From the NCBI GenBank assembly GCA_965223345.1, contig CBDCWG010000012.1, forward strand, positions 2,112,001-2,176,000: a stretch of 64,000 bases of DNA, read 5' to 3'. The position numbers and the translations under genes are program-made. The notes under the pieces were generated by a model. That model had not been told where the DNA came from. It did not search any database and saw only the letters and a list, made by a program, of their open reading frames with translations. Positions 21,105 to 32,034 of the stretch are shown in pieces. Positions within the stretch are counted from its first letter, which is position 1, and the number at the start of each line of letters is the position of its first letter. The stretch comes from Nitrospinales bacterium (GTDB taxonomy: Bacteria; Nitrospinota; Nitrospinia; Nitrospinales; VA-1).

Positions 21105-23558
21105 CTATTCCGAATAGGCGGGTTCTTTCACCGGCAGCCGCAGCAGGACCCGCGTGCCTTTGTCCGGGGCGCCCTCGATAGTCAGTTCTCCACCGAAATT
21201 GAGCGCGCGTTCCCGCATTCCCAGTAATCCCAGTGAGTTGGGATTGCGGATCTGTTCTTTCGTCACTCCCTTGCCGTCGTCCCAGACCTCCAGCGTCAGG
21301 CTGGAGTCGCTGCGGTTGAGATGGATGTGCACCTGGGTCGCGTCCGCGTGGCGGGCCACATTGGTCAGCGTCTCCTGAAACAGGCGGAACACCGCCGTGG
21401 CCCGCTCCGAATCCAGCGCGATGTGCTCGGGGGAACATTGAATGTGGCACCGGATACCCGTCATCTTTTCGAATTCCGTGGTCTGCCATTCGATGGCTTC
21501 GCAGATCCCCAGCACGTCCAGCACGTCCGGCCGCAGGTTGGAGCAGAACTTGCGCACCGTGCGGATGATGGAATCGACCAGTTGATCCATGGAGTGGATT
21601 TTCCCCAGCACCGAATCGGGTTCCCGGTAGACCCTTTTTTCCATCCAGGCGAGGTCGAACTTCAATCCGGTCAGCATCTGGCCGATCTGGTCGTGCACTT
21701 CCCGCGCGATGTTGGTTCGCTCTTCTTCGCGGATCTTTTCCAGCCGGTTGGTGTGGTTGCGCAGCTGTTCGCGCGATCGTTCCAGATCCTCCTGAATCCG
21801 CAGCCGTTTCAACTCCGCGTCGGCGCGGATGGCGAACAGGGAAAGGATCGCCATGATCTCCTTGGAATACTCGATGGGCTTGTCGTCCATGACCACGAGC
21901 TGGCCGATGGGGACGCCCGCTTCGTTGAACAGGGGCACGCCGAGATAGCTTTTGACGCCCTTTTTCCACAGGGAGGGGTCCACGAAGTACTGATCGTCGA
22001 AACCGTCGAGATAAAACACCGACGCCCCCTGCAGGACAGTTTCGCACGGGGTCTCCTGCAGCGTGAACTCCCGGTTCGGCACGTTTTCCCCGTCCATGTA
22101 CAGGGCGAGGGTGCGGAAGGTCCTGGGATCCGACGCGTCCCCCGTTTGCGCGAGATACGAATAGCGGAAGCCCAGGTTGGAAGCCAGGTGATAGACCAGG
22201 TTTTGAAAGAAGTTTTCTCCCGAGATGGCGCGGGAGGTTCCGGCCAGCACGCCGGACAACTGCTGATACAGGGAGCGGTATTTCCCCCGGCTTTCTTTCA
22301 GCAGGTCCGCCTGCAGCCGCCGTTCCGTGATGTCCACGCCCACGCTCCAGGCCTCCCAGCCGGGGATGGGAAAACGGTCGGAGAGGTTGGACCAGGCGAT
22401 GGTGCGCACGCCGCCGTTTTTGCAGGCGATGTTCGACTCCCAGTCCCGGTAGTGGACCCCGCGGTTTTTCCACAGGTTCAGCATGTGCGCCCCGAACACC
22501 GGGTCCGGATAAGACCATTTGCGCTTGCCCGAGGTGACGATGACTTCGTCGGCGCTGTAGCCGGTAACCCGTTCGCATTCGCGGTTCCAGGCGACGATGC
22601 GGCCTTCGGAGTCGAACGCTTCCATGAGGATCGGCATGTTCTGGATCACCTTGCGCAGGCGTTCCTCGCTTTGGCGCAGGGCATCGACGGCGCTTTTTTC
22701 GTGCTCGTGGCTCCGGTGTGCGGTGATCAGCGTGGCGCAGGTGTCGAGAAACGGTTGCAGAAACCGCACCAGCCCTGCGCTGTAGCCTCCCTTGCGGTTG
22801 GCCATGCCGGCCACGCCGACGAGGGTGTCTCCCTGGTAGATGGGCAGGCCGAGAAAGGCGCGCAGGGGAGGGAGCTCCGGCGGCAGTTCGTCCTCTTTGA
22901 CGACGCTCTGCGGATCGTTCTCGATCACCGGTTTGCCCGTTTTGACGGCGCGCCCGAACAGCGTGTTCAGGTTGTTCCAGTCCATCTCGGTGTCTTCCGG
23001 GATGGCGCCGGAATCCGTGGCTTTTTCGCCGTCTGCGGTGTTGGCAAGTAGGTGCATCTTCAAATACCGCGAGCCGTCGGAACGGCGGGCGAGTTCGGAG
23101 ATGAAGGCGAATTCGCTTTGCGTCAGGGAGAGGATCTTCTGCATCAGGTTGCGAAACAGCGTGCGGGTCTCTTTGTGGCTGAAATAATGCGATTGCGCCT
23201 GGCGGATGGAATTGAGGAGCAGGTTGGACAGTTTGAGTTCGGACTGCCGCTGCCAGATGATGAGGCCCAGCGAAGCCGCGATCCAGATGGCGAACAGGGA
23301 CAGGGACCGGTTCAGGAAGATCTTGATGAATTCCCCGCCGGGCGGGGACAGAAAATATCCCAGCACGGTGAAAATCGAGCCGGCCAGCGCGGCGTAGAGG
23401 AAATAGTTGCGGTTGCGCGCCCACAGGCCGGGAATGATGAGAACGATGTAGGGGATGCCGCCGGCGATGCCGAGTTCCAGACTCAGGTCGATCAAAAAGC
23501 AAATCGACAGCAGGATCAATCCGGAACCGTAAATGACTGTGTCGTTTCGCTCCCTCAT
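21105..23558 (-). CDS. Membrane sensor histidine kinase (TM-GAF-PAS-GAF-HisKA_3-HATPase)
   Basis: N-terminal TMs; GAF-like FLGLPIY and YLGVPLF; PAS WNRECERVTGYS; ERTNIAREVHDQIGQ, QETLTNVARHA, DDGKG, GLLGMRER. Confidence 0.9.
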   Translation of the reverse strand: MRERNDTVIYGSGLILLSICFLIDLSLELGIAGGIPYIVLIIPGLWARNRNYFLYAALAGSIFTVLGYFLSPPGGEFIKIFLNRSLSLFAIWIAASLGLIIWQRQSELKLSNLLLNSIRQAQSHYFSHKETRTLFRNLMQKILSLTQSEFAFISELARRSDGSRYLKMHLLANTADGEKATDSGAIPEDTEMDWNNLNTLFGRAVKTGKPVIENDPQSVVKEDELPPELPPLRAFLGLPIYQGDTLVGVAGMANRKGGYSAGLVRFLQPFLDTCATLITAHRSHEHEKSAVDALRQSEERLRKVIQNMPILMEAFDSEGRIVAWNRECERVTGYSADEVIVTSGKRKWSYPDPVFGAHMLNLWKNRGVHYRDWESNIACKNGGVRTIAWSNLSDRFPIPGWEAWSVGVDITERRLQADLLKESRGKYRSLYQQLSGVLAGTSRAISGENFFQNLVYHLASNLGFRYSYLAQTGDASDPRTFRTLALYMDGENVPNREFTLQETPCETVLQGASVFYLDGFDDQYFVDPSLWKKGVKSYLGVPLFNEAGVPIGQLVVMDDKPIEYSKEIMAILSLFAIRADAELKRLRIQEDLERSREQLRNHTNRLEKIREEERTNIAREVHDQIGQMLTGLKFDLAWMEKRVYREPDSVLGKIHSMDQLVDSIIRTVRKFCSNLRPDVLDVLGICEAIEWQTTEFEKMTGIRCHIQCSPEHIALDSERATAVFRLFQETLTNVARHADATQVHIHLNRSDSSLTLEVWDDGKGVTKEQIRNPNSLGLLGMRERALNFGGELTIEGAPDKGTRVLLRLPVKEPAYSE

Positions 23559-23811
23559 GCCACATCTGGGTGGATATCAGGATGTCTGTATCCTTTATCC
23601 AGCTTGAAAAGTCATGAATCAGAGAACCCCCGCGGAATCGCGTCCGCATTGAGGGTGCAATGTCCGCATTTTAATGTTGAGGGGATGGCCCATATTACTG
23701 CGAAAGCAAGGCTTTGCAAAGGGAAATGGCGGCTTGAGGGGAATGCGGGAAGAGGGGCGGCGCTGCAAAGGGGTTGATAATCCGGAGAAAATCTTTAAGA
23801 AAGAGAATCGC

Positions 23812-24696
23812 TCAGGTTTCGACGATCTGGGTGCCGATGCCTTTTTCGGTGAAGATTTCCAGGATCAGCGAGTGCTTGACGCGCCCGTCGATGATGTGGG
23901 TTTTGTGGACGCCTTTCTTGAGGGCGTCGAGGCAGCATTGGACTTTCGGCAGCATGCCGTCTTTGATCACGCCGGATTTGATCAGCTGCCCGGCTTTGCG
24001 CCGGGTCAGGCCGGAGAGCAGGGTTTTCTTCTTGTCGAGGACGCCGGGGGTGTCGGTCATCAGGACCAGCTTTTCCGCTTTCAGCGCCGAGGCGATCTCC
24101 GCGGCGACGAAATCGGCGTTGATGTTCAGCGTTTCCTGTTTTTCTCCCTTGCCGATCGGCGCGATCACCGGGATGAACTCGTTCGCATCCAGCACCTCGA
24201 GAATCCTCGGGTTCACCTGGGTGATCTCTCCGACCAGGCCGAGATCGATGATTTCCGGGCGCGTGGTTTCCGGGGATTTTTTGACCTTGCGGTGGCGCTT
24301 GGCCTGAATCAGCTCGCCGTCTTTGCCGGTGATGCCCACGGCGTTGCCGCCCTGGCGGTTGATGAGGGACACGATCTCCTTGTTGACCTTGCCGCCCAGC
24401 ACCATCTCGACCACGTCGAGGGTCTTCGCGTCGGTCACCCGTTGCCCGGCCACGAATTTCGAGGGAATGCCGAGCGCGTCCAGGGTGTCGCCGATCTGCG
24501 GGCCGCCGCCGTGCACGATGACGGGATTGATGCCCACGTATTTCATGAGGACGATGTCCTGGGCGAAATTTTCCTTCAGTTCGGCGGAAACCATCGCGTT
24601 GCCGCCGTATTTGATGACGATGGTTTTGTCGTAGAACTGCTTGATGAACGGCAGCGCTTCGAGCAGGATTTCGGCTTTCTGGATGCTTTTTTTCAC
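23812..24696 (-). CDS. argB: Acetylglutamate kinase
   Basis: EALPFI, IKYGGNAM, VHGGGPQI, NINAD, GMLPK, GIGT; GTG start. Confidence 0.97.
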   Translation of the reverse strand: MKKSIQKAEILLEALPFIKQFYDKTIVIKYGGNAMVSAELKENFAQDIVLMKYVGINPVIVHGGGPQIGDTLDALGIPSKFVAGQRVTDAKTLDVVEMVLGGKVNKEIVSLINRQGGNAVGITGKDGELIQAKRHRKVKKSPETTRPEIIDLGLVGEITQVNPRILEVLDANEFIPVIAPIGKGEKQETLNINADFVAAEIASALKAEKLVLMTDTPGVLDKKKTLLSGLTRRKAGQLIKSGVIKDGMLPKVQCCLDALKKGVHKTHIIDGRVKHSLILEIFTEKGIGTQIVET

Positions 24697-24836
24697 GGAG
24701 TGTTCACGGCGATCGGCAGGCCCGGCCGGAGCCCGTCCGGATGAATGGGAGCCCGGCGCGGCCTGCGCGGGCGTTTCAAATGCAACTCGAGTTTCTTAAC
24801 GGCAGCTCGGCGGCCGATATTGACCGGACGGGCGCG

Positions 24837-26243
<1,407 letters not shown>

Positions 26244-26247
26244 GAAA

Positions 26248-26775
26248 CTACAACTCCTCGATGGTGATGTTTGAATTGGTGTAAATGCAGATCGACTGGG
26301 CGATGTCCATCGACTCTTCAACGATGGCGCGCGCGTCGAGCTCGGAATGCTTGAGCAGCGACTTCGCCGCCGCCAGCGCGAACATGCCGCCGGAACCGAT
26401 CGCCAGAATGCCGTCGTCGGGCTCGATCACGTCCCCGGTTCCCGACACCAGCAGGGAATGGTCCTTGTCCGCGACGATCAGCATGGCTTCCAGCCGCCGC
26501 AGCATCTTGTCGGTGCGCCAGTCCTTGGCGAGCTCGACGGCGGAGCGGGGCAGGTTGCCCTGAAATTTTTCCAGCTTCTCCTCGAAGCGGGCGAACAGGG
26601 AAAACGCGTCGGCGGTCGATCCGGCGAATCCGCCGATGACTTTGCCCTGGTGCATTTTCCGCACCTTGGAGGCCTTGTGCTTCATGACGGTGTTGCCGAG
26701 CGAAACCTGGCCGTCGCCGCCCATGGCGACCTTGCCCTTGTGTCTCACAGATAGAATGGTGGTTGCGTGCATCAT
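26248..26775 (-). CDS. hslV: HslUV protease peptidase subunit
   Basis: [36 protein letters not shown]. Confidence 0.98.
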   Translation of the reverse strand: MMHATTILSVRHKGKVAMGGDGQVSLGNTVMKHKASKVRKMHQGKVIGGFAGSTADAFSLFARFEEKLEKFQGNLPRSAVELAKDWRTDKMLRRLEAMLIVADKDHSLLVSGTGDVIEPDDGILAIGSGGMFALAAAKSLLKHSELDARAIVEESMDIAQSICIYTNSNITIEEL

Positions 26776-26838
26776 GGAATCAGGGATCTTTCCGGTTGTG
26801 TTAATTATAGAGACCGTTTGCGTAAAAAGGATTCCGGC

Positions 26839-27767
26839 TCAGTCTTTTTCTGGCGGCTCGGCCCGGGGATGTGTCCTGTCGTAGGTTTCCGTCAGCCGGT
26901 CGATGGTCAAATGCGTGTATTTCTGGGTTGTGGACAAACTCGCGTGTCCCAGCATTTCCTGGATGGATCTCAGGTCGGCGCCGGCGTCCAGCATGTGGGT
27001 CGCAAAGGAATGTCTCAAGGAATGCGGAGAGATTCCACCCGGAAACGGGCGTTGCCGGACGTATTTATCGACGATCTTGCGCACGCCGCGGTCGGTGATT
27101 TCCCCGCCGCGCAGATTCAGAAACACTTTTGCTTTGGGAGCGGAACGCGATTTTTTCAGCTGCGCTTCCCGCGCCTCAAGATAGGTCTGCAACGCCTTGA
27201 GGGCCTTTTTGCCCAGCGGCACCAGCCGTTCCTTTTTCCCTTTGCCCAATACCTTAACCATTCGGTCCTTCAGGTGCAAGTCCTTCATGCCCAGCCCAAC
27301 CAGTTCGCCGATGCGGATGCCGGTGCTGTAGAACAGCTCCAGGATGGCCCGGTCCGGTGACCGGCGAGCGACTCTTTTTCCGGCAGTTCCAGAAGCGTGA
27401 ACACCTCGTCCACCGACAGGTACGCCGGCAGTTTCTGAGCTTTGCGGGGGGAGGGGATGGCTTTGGCGACATTCGCCGCCAGCACGCCCTCGCGGCAGAG
27501 AAACTTGCAGAACGAACGCAGGCTGGAGAGTTTGCGCGCCACGCTGGCGGCGCTCAGGGAGCGGCTGTACAGATACGCCAGGTAGGATCGAATGGCAATA
27601 TTATCAATGCGTTGAACCTGAACCACCTCGTTTTCGCAGGCGTGCCCGGTTTCTTGCAGAAACCGCTCGAACTGGGCGAGGTCCAAAAGGTAATGCGTCG
27701 CGGTGTGGCGGGATGCGTTTTTCTCGGCGATCAGGTATGATTGGAACGCTTGGATATGGTTTTCCAA
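26839..27767 (-). pseudogene. xerC: Tyrosine recombinase XerC split by a 1-nt frameshift near 27354 (possibly a sequencing error)
   Basis: N-part SRHTATHYLLDL..SVARKLSSLRSF..KLP; adding one C at 27354-27355 restores HRDRAILELFYSTGIRIGEL; C-part GKGKKER, SPHSLRHSFATH, LGHASLSTTQKYTH. Confidence 0.88.
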
Positions 27768-27796
27768 GGTGCAACTCCTTTTATATCAAGAGTATC

Positions 27797-27825
27797 AATC
27801 TAACCGACTCCCTGGGGGAAGTCAA
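27797..27825 (-). promoter_or_regulatory. Sigma70-type promoter for xerC-hslVU-argB
   Basis: TTGACT-N17-TAGATT on the minus strand, followed by AAGGAG and the TTG start. Confidence 0.6.
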
Positions 27826-27951
27826 GGCGGCGCAACGGGGCGGGGACGCCGGAGGCAGCCCGAAATGCGGGGCCGGCGATGATTTTTTGCAATTTATCCG
27901 CGCCAGCGTCATCCAATGCAGTAAGCCAACTTTTATCGTGAAGGGAACGCA

Positions 27952-28524
27952 ATGGCAACTCAGAACCCGCAGGGCGATCTGGAACGGCAGATCAATCAGG
28001 CCCGGGAGAACCTCAGGGTGGTCTCGGAATTGAGGGAAAAACTGGAAATCCTCACCGAACACGTGGAATCGCGCAAGGAAGCCCTGGAAGAGGAGATCGA
28101 GGAAAGCCTGCACGAGGCCATCCGCAACGGCCGCGATTCTCTGGAAAAGATCCAGGAAAACATCGAACCCAAGCTGGAGAAGGTCATCCGCAGCAAGCTG
28201 GAAGAAATCGATGTGAAAATGAAGGTCTGGAAGGAAGAGGGGCTGCTCGCGGTGCGGGAAGAGCTGAAAAAAGAGACCCCCGCTCTCACCAAGAACGTGC
28301 TCGCGGAGCTGGACAACATTATCGTGGAAAAAATGAAAGCGGCGCAGATGCAGCTTTCGACGAACCTTAAAGAGGAGGTGCGGGCGGATTTCGAGGCCGC
28401 GCTGAAACCCTTCAAGGAAACGATGAACGAGGAAATCCAGCGCACCGGCAAGCTGACGATTTTCGCTTTATTGCTGTCCGCCGTCACGATGGCCGGGGTG
28501 GGGATGCTGCTGCTGATGCGCTGA
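27952..28524 (+). CDS. Coiled-coil protein with C-terminal TM anchor
   Basis: E/K/L-rich heptad pattern; hydrophobic tail LTIFALLLSAVTMAGVGMLLLMR. Confidence 0.75.
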   Translation: MATQNPQGDLERQINQARENLRVVSELREKLEILTEHVESRKEALEEEIEESLHEAIRNGRDSLEKIQENIEPKLEKVIRSKLEEIDVKMKVWKEEGLLAVREELKKETPALTKNVLAELDNIIVEKMKAAQMQLSTNLKEEVRADFEAALKPFKETMNEEIQRTGKLTIFALLLSAVTMAGVGMLLLMR

Positions 28525-28526
28525 GG

Positions 28527-28700
28527 TCAGGTGATCAGCCAGAACAGGAAGAAAAACAGGATTCCCGACAGGATCACCTGCCAGATGAAATCGAAGCCCG
28601 GTCCGGTGAACAAAATGAGGACCGTGCAGATGGAAAGGATGACGAAGGCGATGATCAGCCGGGTGCGTCTCTTGAGAATCGGTTTGGGAGACTCTTCCAT
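28527..28700 (-). CDS. Small 2-TM membrane protein (57 aa), not in the ORF track
   Basis: Read manually: MEESPKPILKRRTRLIIAFVILSICTVLILFTGPGFDFIWQVILSGILFFFLFWLIT*; AAGGA upstream. Confidence 0.7.
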   Translation of the reverse strand: MEESPKPILKRRTRLIIAFVILSICTVLILFTGPGFDFIWQVILSGILFFFLFWLIT

Positions 28701-28741
28701 CCTTGGAATCCTTCAGCGAAAAAAGACACCCTTTTTGGCCA

Positions 28742-29239
28742 TCATCGAAACAGCTTCTTCATTTCCTGCACCAGCAGAATGTCCTCGGCCTCGGAAATCA
28801 CGCAGTCGGCGGAAAACTGATTTTCCTCCAGCGCATCCGGCTCCTCGCTGAAGATGGATTTTTTCGGGATCCCCAGCCGCGGGTAGGTGTCCAGATAATC
28901 CTGAATCGCATCGACGCTGAACGTTTCCTTGATCTCTTCGAGGAAGGTGTCGTGCACCTTCTCCAGGTGGCAGATCTTCTCCAGCAGTTCTTTGTAGTTC
29001 GAACCGAGCGTCAGGGCGAAGCTCAATTTATAGGCGTTTTCCTGATACTCGGGCGGGTGGTTGCCGGAATCGTTTTTTTCCTGGTAGAGAAACTTCAACT
29101 GATATTGAAACTTGTTCAGCTTGTACAGGTTGCGGGAAAACTTTTCCCCGATCAGATAATCCAGACCCGCCCGAATGCCTTCTTCCTGAGCGATTTCCCG
29201 AGCTTCTTCGCAGTAATTTTTGATTTGTTTGGGGGTCAT
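28742..29239 (-). CDS. Hypothetical protein
   Basis: 165-aa ORF with GAGG upstream; motif GLDYLIGEKF. Confidence 0.7.
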   Translation of the reverse strand: MTPKQIKNYCEEAREIAQEEGIRAGLDYLIGEKFSRNLYKLNKFQYQLKFLYQEKNDSGNHPPEYQENAYKLSFALTLGSNYKELLEKICHLEKVHDTFLEEIKETFSVDAIQDYLDTYPRLGIPKKSIFSEEPDALEENQFSADCVISEAEDILLVQEMKKLFR

Positions 29240-29443
29240 AAGACAGCGGTTTCCTCTCGACGGATCAATGAATCATTCCGGGTTGGGGGCATCCTGGAAA
29301 TTTAAATTGGGTTCCGTCTTTGTAGCTTTTAATCCCGCGGATGTAAACAATAATTTTCACCGCACCGGGAAATCCTCTGTGAAATTGAGGAGAAAGAATT
29401 TCGCGCGGCGAACGCACCGGTGCGGACAAGCGAACGCGGCGTG

Positions 29444-30043
29444 TCAGGAGTCCCAGGAACGGAAACTTTTTCGGGAATGGACGCGGGCGCACAGGTAGGC
29501 GAGATATCGGGTGAGGGAATGGAAAAAGCCCTCGTTTCCCTCGATGGGACGGACGTAGATGAAGCGCATTCCGGCGGAAAGGGCGCCCGCATCGGTGACG
29601 TAATTGTCTCCCACCATGCACACCTTCGCGGGGTCGGACAGGTGCAGGTGATTCTTCATCGCCGCTTCGAACCCCTTGGGGTCGGGCTTCGGGGCGGCTT
29701 CGCGCACAATTTCCACGTTTTCAAACTGCTGAAAACGATCCTCGCTGGAGTTGGTGTAGATGGCGACGCGAAAGCCCTTTTGCAGCATCTCCCGCACCTT
29801 CTCCACCACCGAATCGGGGTAGACCCGGCAGTGGTGCATTCCCAGCGTGCCGTCGGCGTCCAGCAGGATGCCCTCCACGCCCTCCTCGATGAGGCGGTCG
29901 AGCGGCAGATCCTCGATGCGTTGCAGCGCCAGGTCGGTTTTCAGGTGCGCCGGGCAGAAAGGCAGCGTCAAAAACCGCCAGACTTTGCCGAAGGTCAGCC
30001 CTTCACGGGAGGAAATGCTTTTGCGGGCAATTGTTTTGGGCAT
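29444..30043 (-). CDS. HAD IIIA phosphatase (YqeG-like)
   Basis: LLDADGTL (DxDGT), YTNS, PKP, MVGDNYVTD. Confidence 0.85.
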   Translation of the reverse strand: MPKTIARKSISSREGLTFGKVWRFLTLPFCPAHLKTDLALQRIEDLPLDRLIEEGVEGILLDADGTLGMHHCRVYPDSVVEKVREMLQKGFRVAIYTNSSEDRFQQFENVEIVREAAPKPDPKGFEAAMKNHLHLSDPAKVCMVGDNYVTDAGALSAGMRFIYVRPIEGNEGFFHSLTRYLAYLCARVHSRKSFRSWDS

Positions 30044-30117
30044 GCGATTGTGAGAGTATTGGCAGGATCCAAGGGGTTCAACGGGTTGATTATCTGTTCT
30101 GGCCGGGACAATAGCAA

Positions 30118-31179
30118 ATGAAAAGCTTCCTAGCCCTTGTCTGGATCGGGATCCTGGTTTTATCCGCCGCTCCGGCTCAGGGGGCGAAATCCGCCGAAGA
30201 CTGGTACGCCAGGGGATTCGAGCAATCCCTGAACGGACACAGCGAGCGCGCGCTGCAATCCTACCGCCGGGCTTTGCAGCTCAAACCCGGCTGGGCCGAA
30301 GCGCACCATCAACTGGCGGTGCTCTACTACCGGCTGAAGGACGGCGTGCGGGCTGTCCATCATCTGCGCCAAGCCGAACGATTCTATCTGAAGGGCGACG
30401 ACGATCAAAGTCAAAAAAATCTGACGATCGTGCGGCGCAACCTGAAAAAGGCATACGCGGATTTCGACCTCAACCCCGAAGATTTCGCCGAGATGGATGC
30501 GCTGCACCCGCCGCCGCAGGGAGAGAAATGGCGAAGCGCGGGGGCCGGGTTCCTGTTCGGCGAGCAGGGATACATCCTGACGCTCAACCAGTTCGTTCAG
30601 GGGGCCAGGGGGGTGCGTGTGCGTTTTGCGGATAACCGGACGCTGCGCGCCCGGCTGATCAAATCCTACCTCGTTTACGATCTGGCGCTGTTGCGGCTCG
30701 ACCCGCCGCCCGCATCCCCCATGAAGACGCTGCGGTTCGCGGACCCCTCCTCGGTGCAGGTCGGGCAAACGGTGTATGCGCTGGACATCGGTGCCAGCGG
30801 AGAGACATCCGTTGTGAAACAGGGCCGCCTGCTGGCGCTGGCCGCGATCAAGAGAAGGGATAAAAACCTGATCGAGTCGGATCTGCCGTTCGATGTCAGG
30901 CAACTGGGCACGCCGTTGTTCGATGCAGCGGGCCGGGTCGTCGGCATGCAGCTTTCCAAGGGGCGGGCGCTGGCGGCGTTCCGGTCGCACGGGAAAATGC
31001 CGGAAGGCGAGCTCGCGCTCAACGTTTCCTACATCCGCCGGGTGCTGTCGCATGTGCCGGGAGTCCGTCTGCCGCGCAAGCAAGCGCAACGCACCGCCGC
31101 GCCGCCCGCCGCGCAGAATGCGGAGGAGCGTGTGAAGCAGGCGCGCGGCAGTCTGCTGACGATCGAGATCGACCGATGA
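30118..31179 (+). CDS. Secreted TPR + trypsin-like domain protein, catalytic His and Ser apparently lost
   Basis: Signal peptide; TPRs (YRRALQLKPGWAEAHHQLA); GAGF..GYILTLNQFV, DLALLRL, RQLGTPLFDAAGRVVG. Confidence 0.75.
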   Translation: MKSFLALVWIGILVLSAAPAQGAKSAEDWYARGFEQSLNGHSERALQSYRRALQLKPGWAEAHHQLAVLYYRLKDGVRAVHHLRQAERFYLKGDDDQSQKNLTIVRRNLKKAYADFDLNPEDFAEMDALHPPPQGEKWRSAGAGFLFGEQGYILTLNQFVQGARGVRVRFADNRTLRARLIKSYLVYDLALLRLDPPPASPMKTLRFADPSSVQVGQTVYALDIGASGETSVVKQGRLLALAAIKRRDKNLIESDLPFDVRQLGTPLFDAAGRVVGMQLSKGRALAAFRSHGKMPEGELALNVSYIRRVLSHVPGVRLPRKQAQRTAAPPAAQNAEERVKQARGSLLTIEIDR

Positions 31180-31832
31180 GACGCCTCTCAACAACGCACT
31201 GGATCGCGGCGTGTGTCCTTTTGCTGTGGAGCGGAACGGGGCAGGGGGCCGAGATCAGCGTCGGGCTCACGGGTGATCTCGAGTATCCCGGACTGTTCAC
31301 CCTCAAAGGCGAAGGGCAGGAAGCGGGACGCTTGTGTTTTCTGAGCGAGGAAGCGCACGGCTATCTGGATCCGGAGTTTCTGGGAACCCTGTCCGCCGGG
31401 GGCATTCCGGAAGGCGCTTACCGGGTATCGCCCGCCTTGCCGGAAGAGCAGTGGCCGGTCGGCGAGTTTGTGAAATTCGGGGCGCTGCGCCTGCTGCCCG
31501 AAACCGAGGCGGCGGCGCAACAACTTGCGGCTCTGGACAAGAAAGGGATCGCGGTGCACGGGCGGGATTTTTATCCGCTCGCGGTGCGCGTGACAGACAA
31601 CTCCAAGATGGTGCGCTTTGTCAGCGACCGGCTGTTCGAGCAGTTGTCCGGGCGCTGGGGGGCGCTCAGAATTTCCAACTGGGACATGGGGCGGCTATAC
31701 GATTTTTATTCGAAAACCAGCGCCGCGCGCGAGAGCTGGAACGTGCGCGTGGTGCGGGCGGAACTCGCAACGGTCCGCAACATCTGCGAACCGCTGAAAG
31801 TGCAGCGCCGGCTGGGCATGCCGCCGGAGTGA
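31176..31832 (+). CDS. Secreted protein with degenerate L,D-transpeptidase (YkuD/Tlde1)-like motifs
   Basis: Signal peptide; IPEGAY, LRLLP, GIAVHG, WGALRISNWDMGRLYD; ATGA overlap with the upstream gene. Confidence 0.55.
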   Translation: MRRLSTTHWIAACVLLLWSGTGQGAEISVGLTGDLEYPGLFTLKGEGQEAGRLCFLSEEAHGYLDPEFLGTLSAGGIPEGAYRVSPALPEEQWPVGEFVKFGALRLLPETEAAAQQLAALDKKGIAVHGRDFYPLAVRVTDNSKMVRFVSDRLFEQLSGRWGALRISNWDMGRLYDFYSKTSAARESWNVRVVRAELATVRNICEPLKVQRRLGMPPE

Positions 31833-31863
31833 GTGATCTGTTCATATTGATCCAAGTTGATGC

Positions 31864-31935
31864 TCACTCTTTCGACAGGAATCCGCCGATAAAAGCGGCC
31901 AGCGCCAGAAGCAGCATGAATACGATTTCGAGCAT
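31864..31935 (-). CDS. Putative 23-aa membrane micropeptide
   Basis: MLEIVFMLLLALAAFIGGFLSKE*; GAGGTG 5 nt before the ATG. Confidence 0.45.
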   Translation of the reverse strand: MLEIVFMLLLALAAFIGGFLSKE

Positions 31936-32034
31936 GATCTCACCTCAAAAGTAAGTCACTCATACCTTTATTCTACTCCTTTGCAACCGTGTTGGGGAGA
32001 ATGCTCCATCCAGCCGGAACCGGCGGCGGATCGG

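Noticed and set aside
26839..27767. Tyrosine recombinase as a prophage or island integrase
   Set aside because: Sits in the housekeeping xerC-hslV-hslU-argB context; no att sites or phage genes
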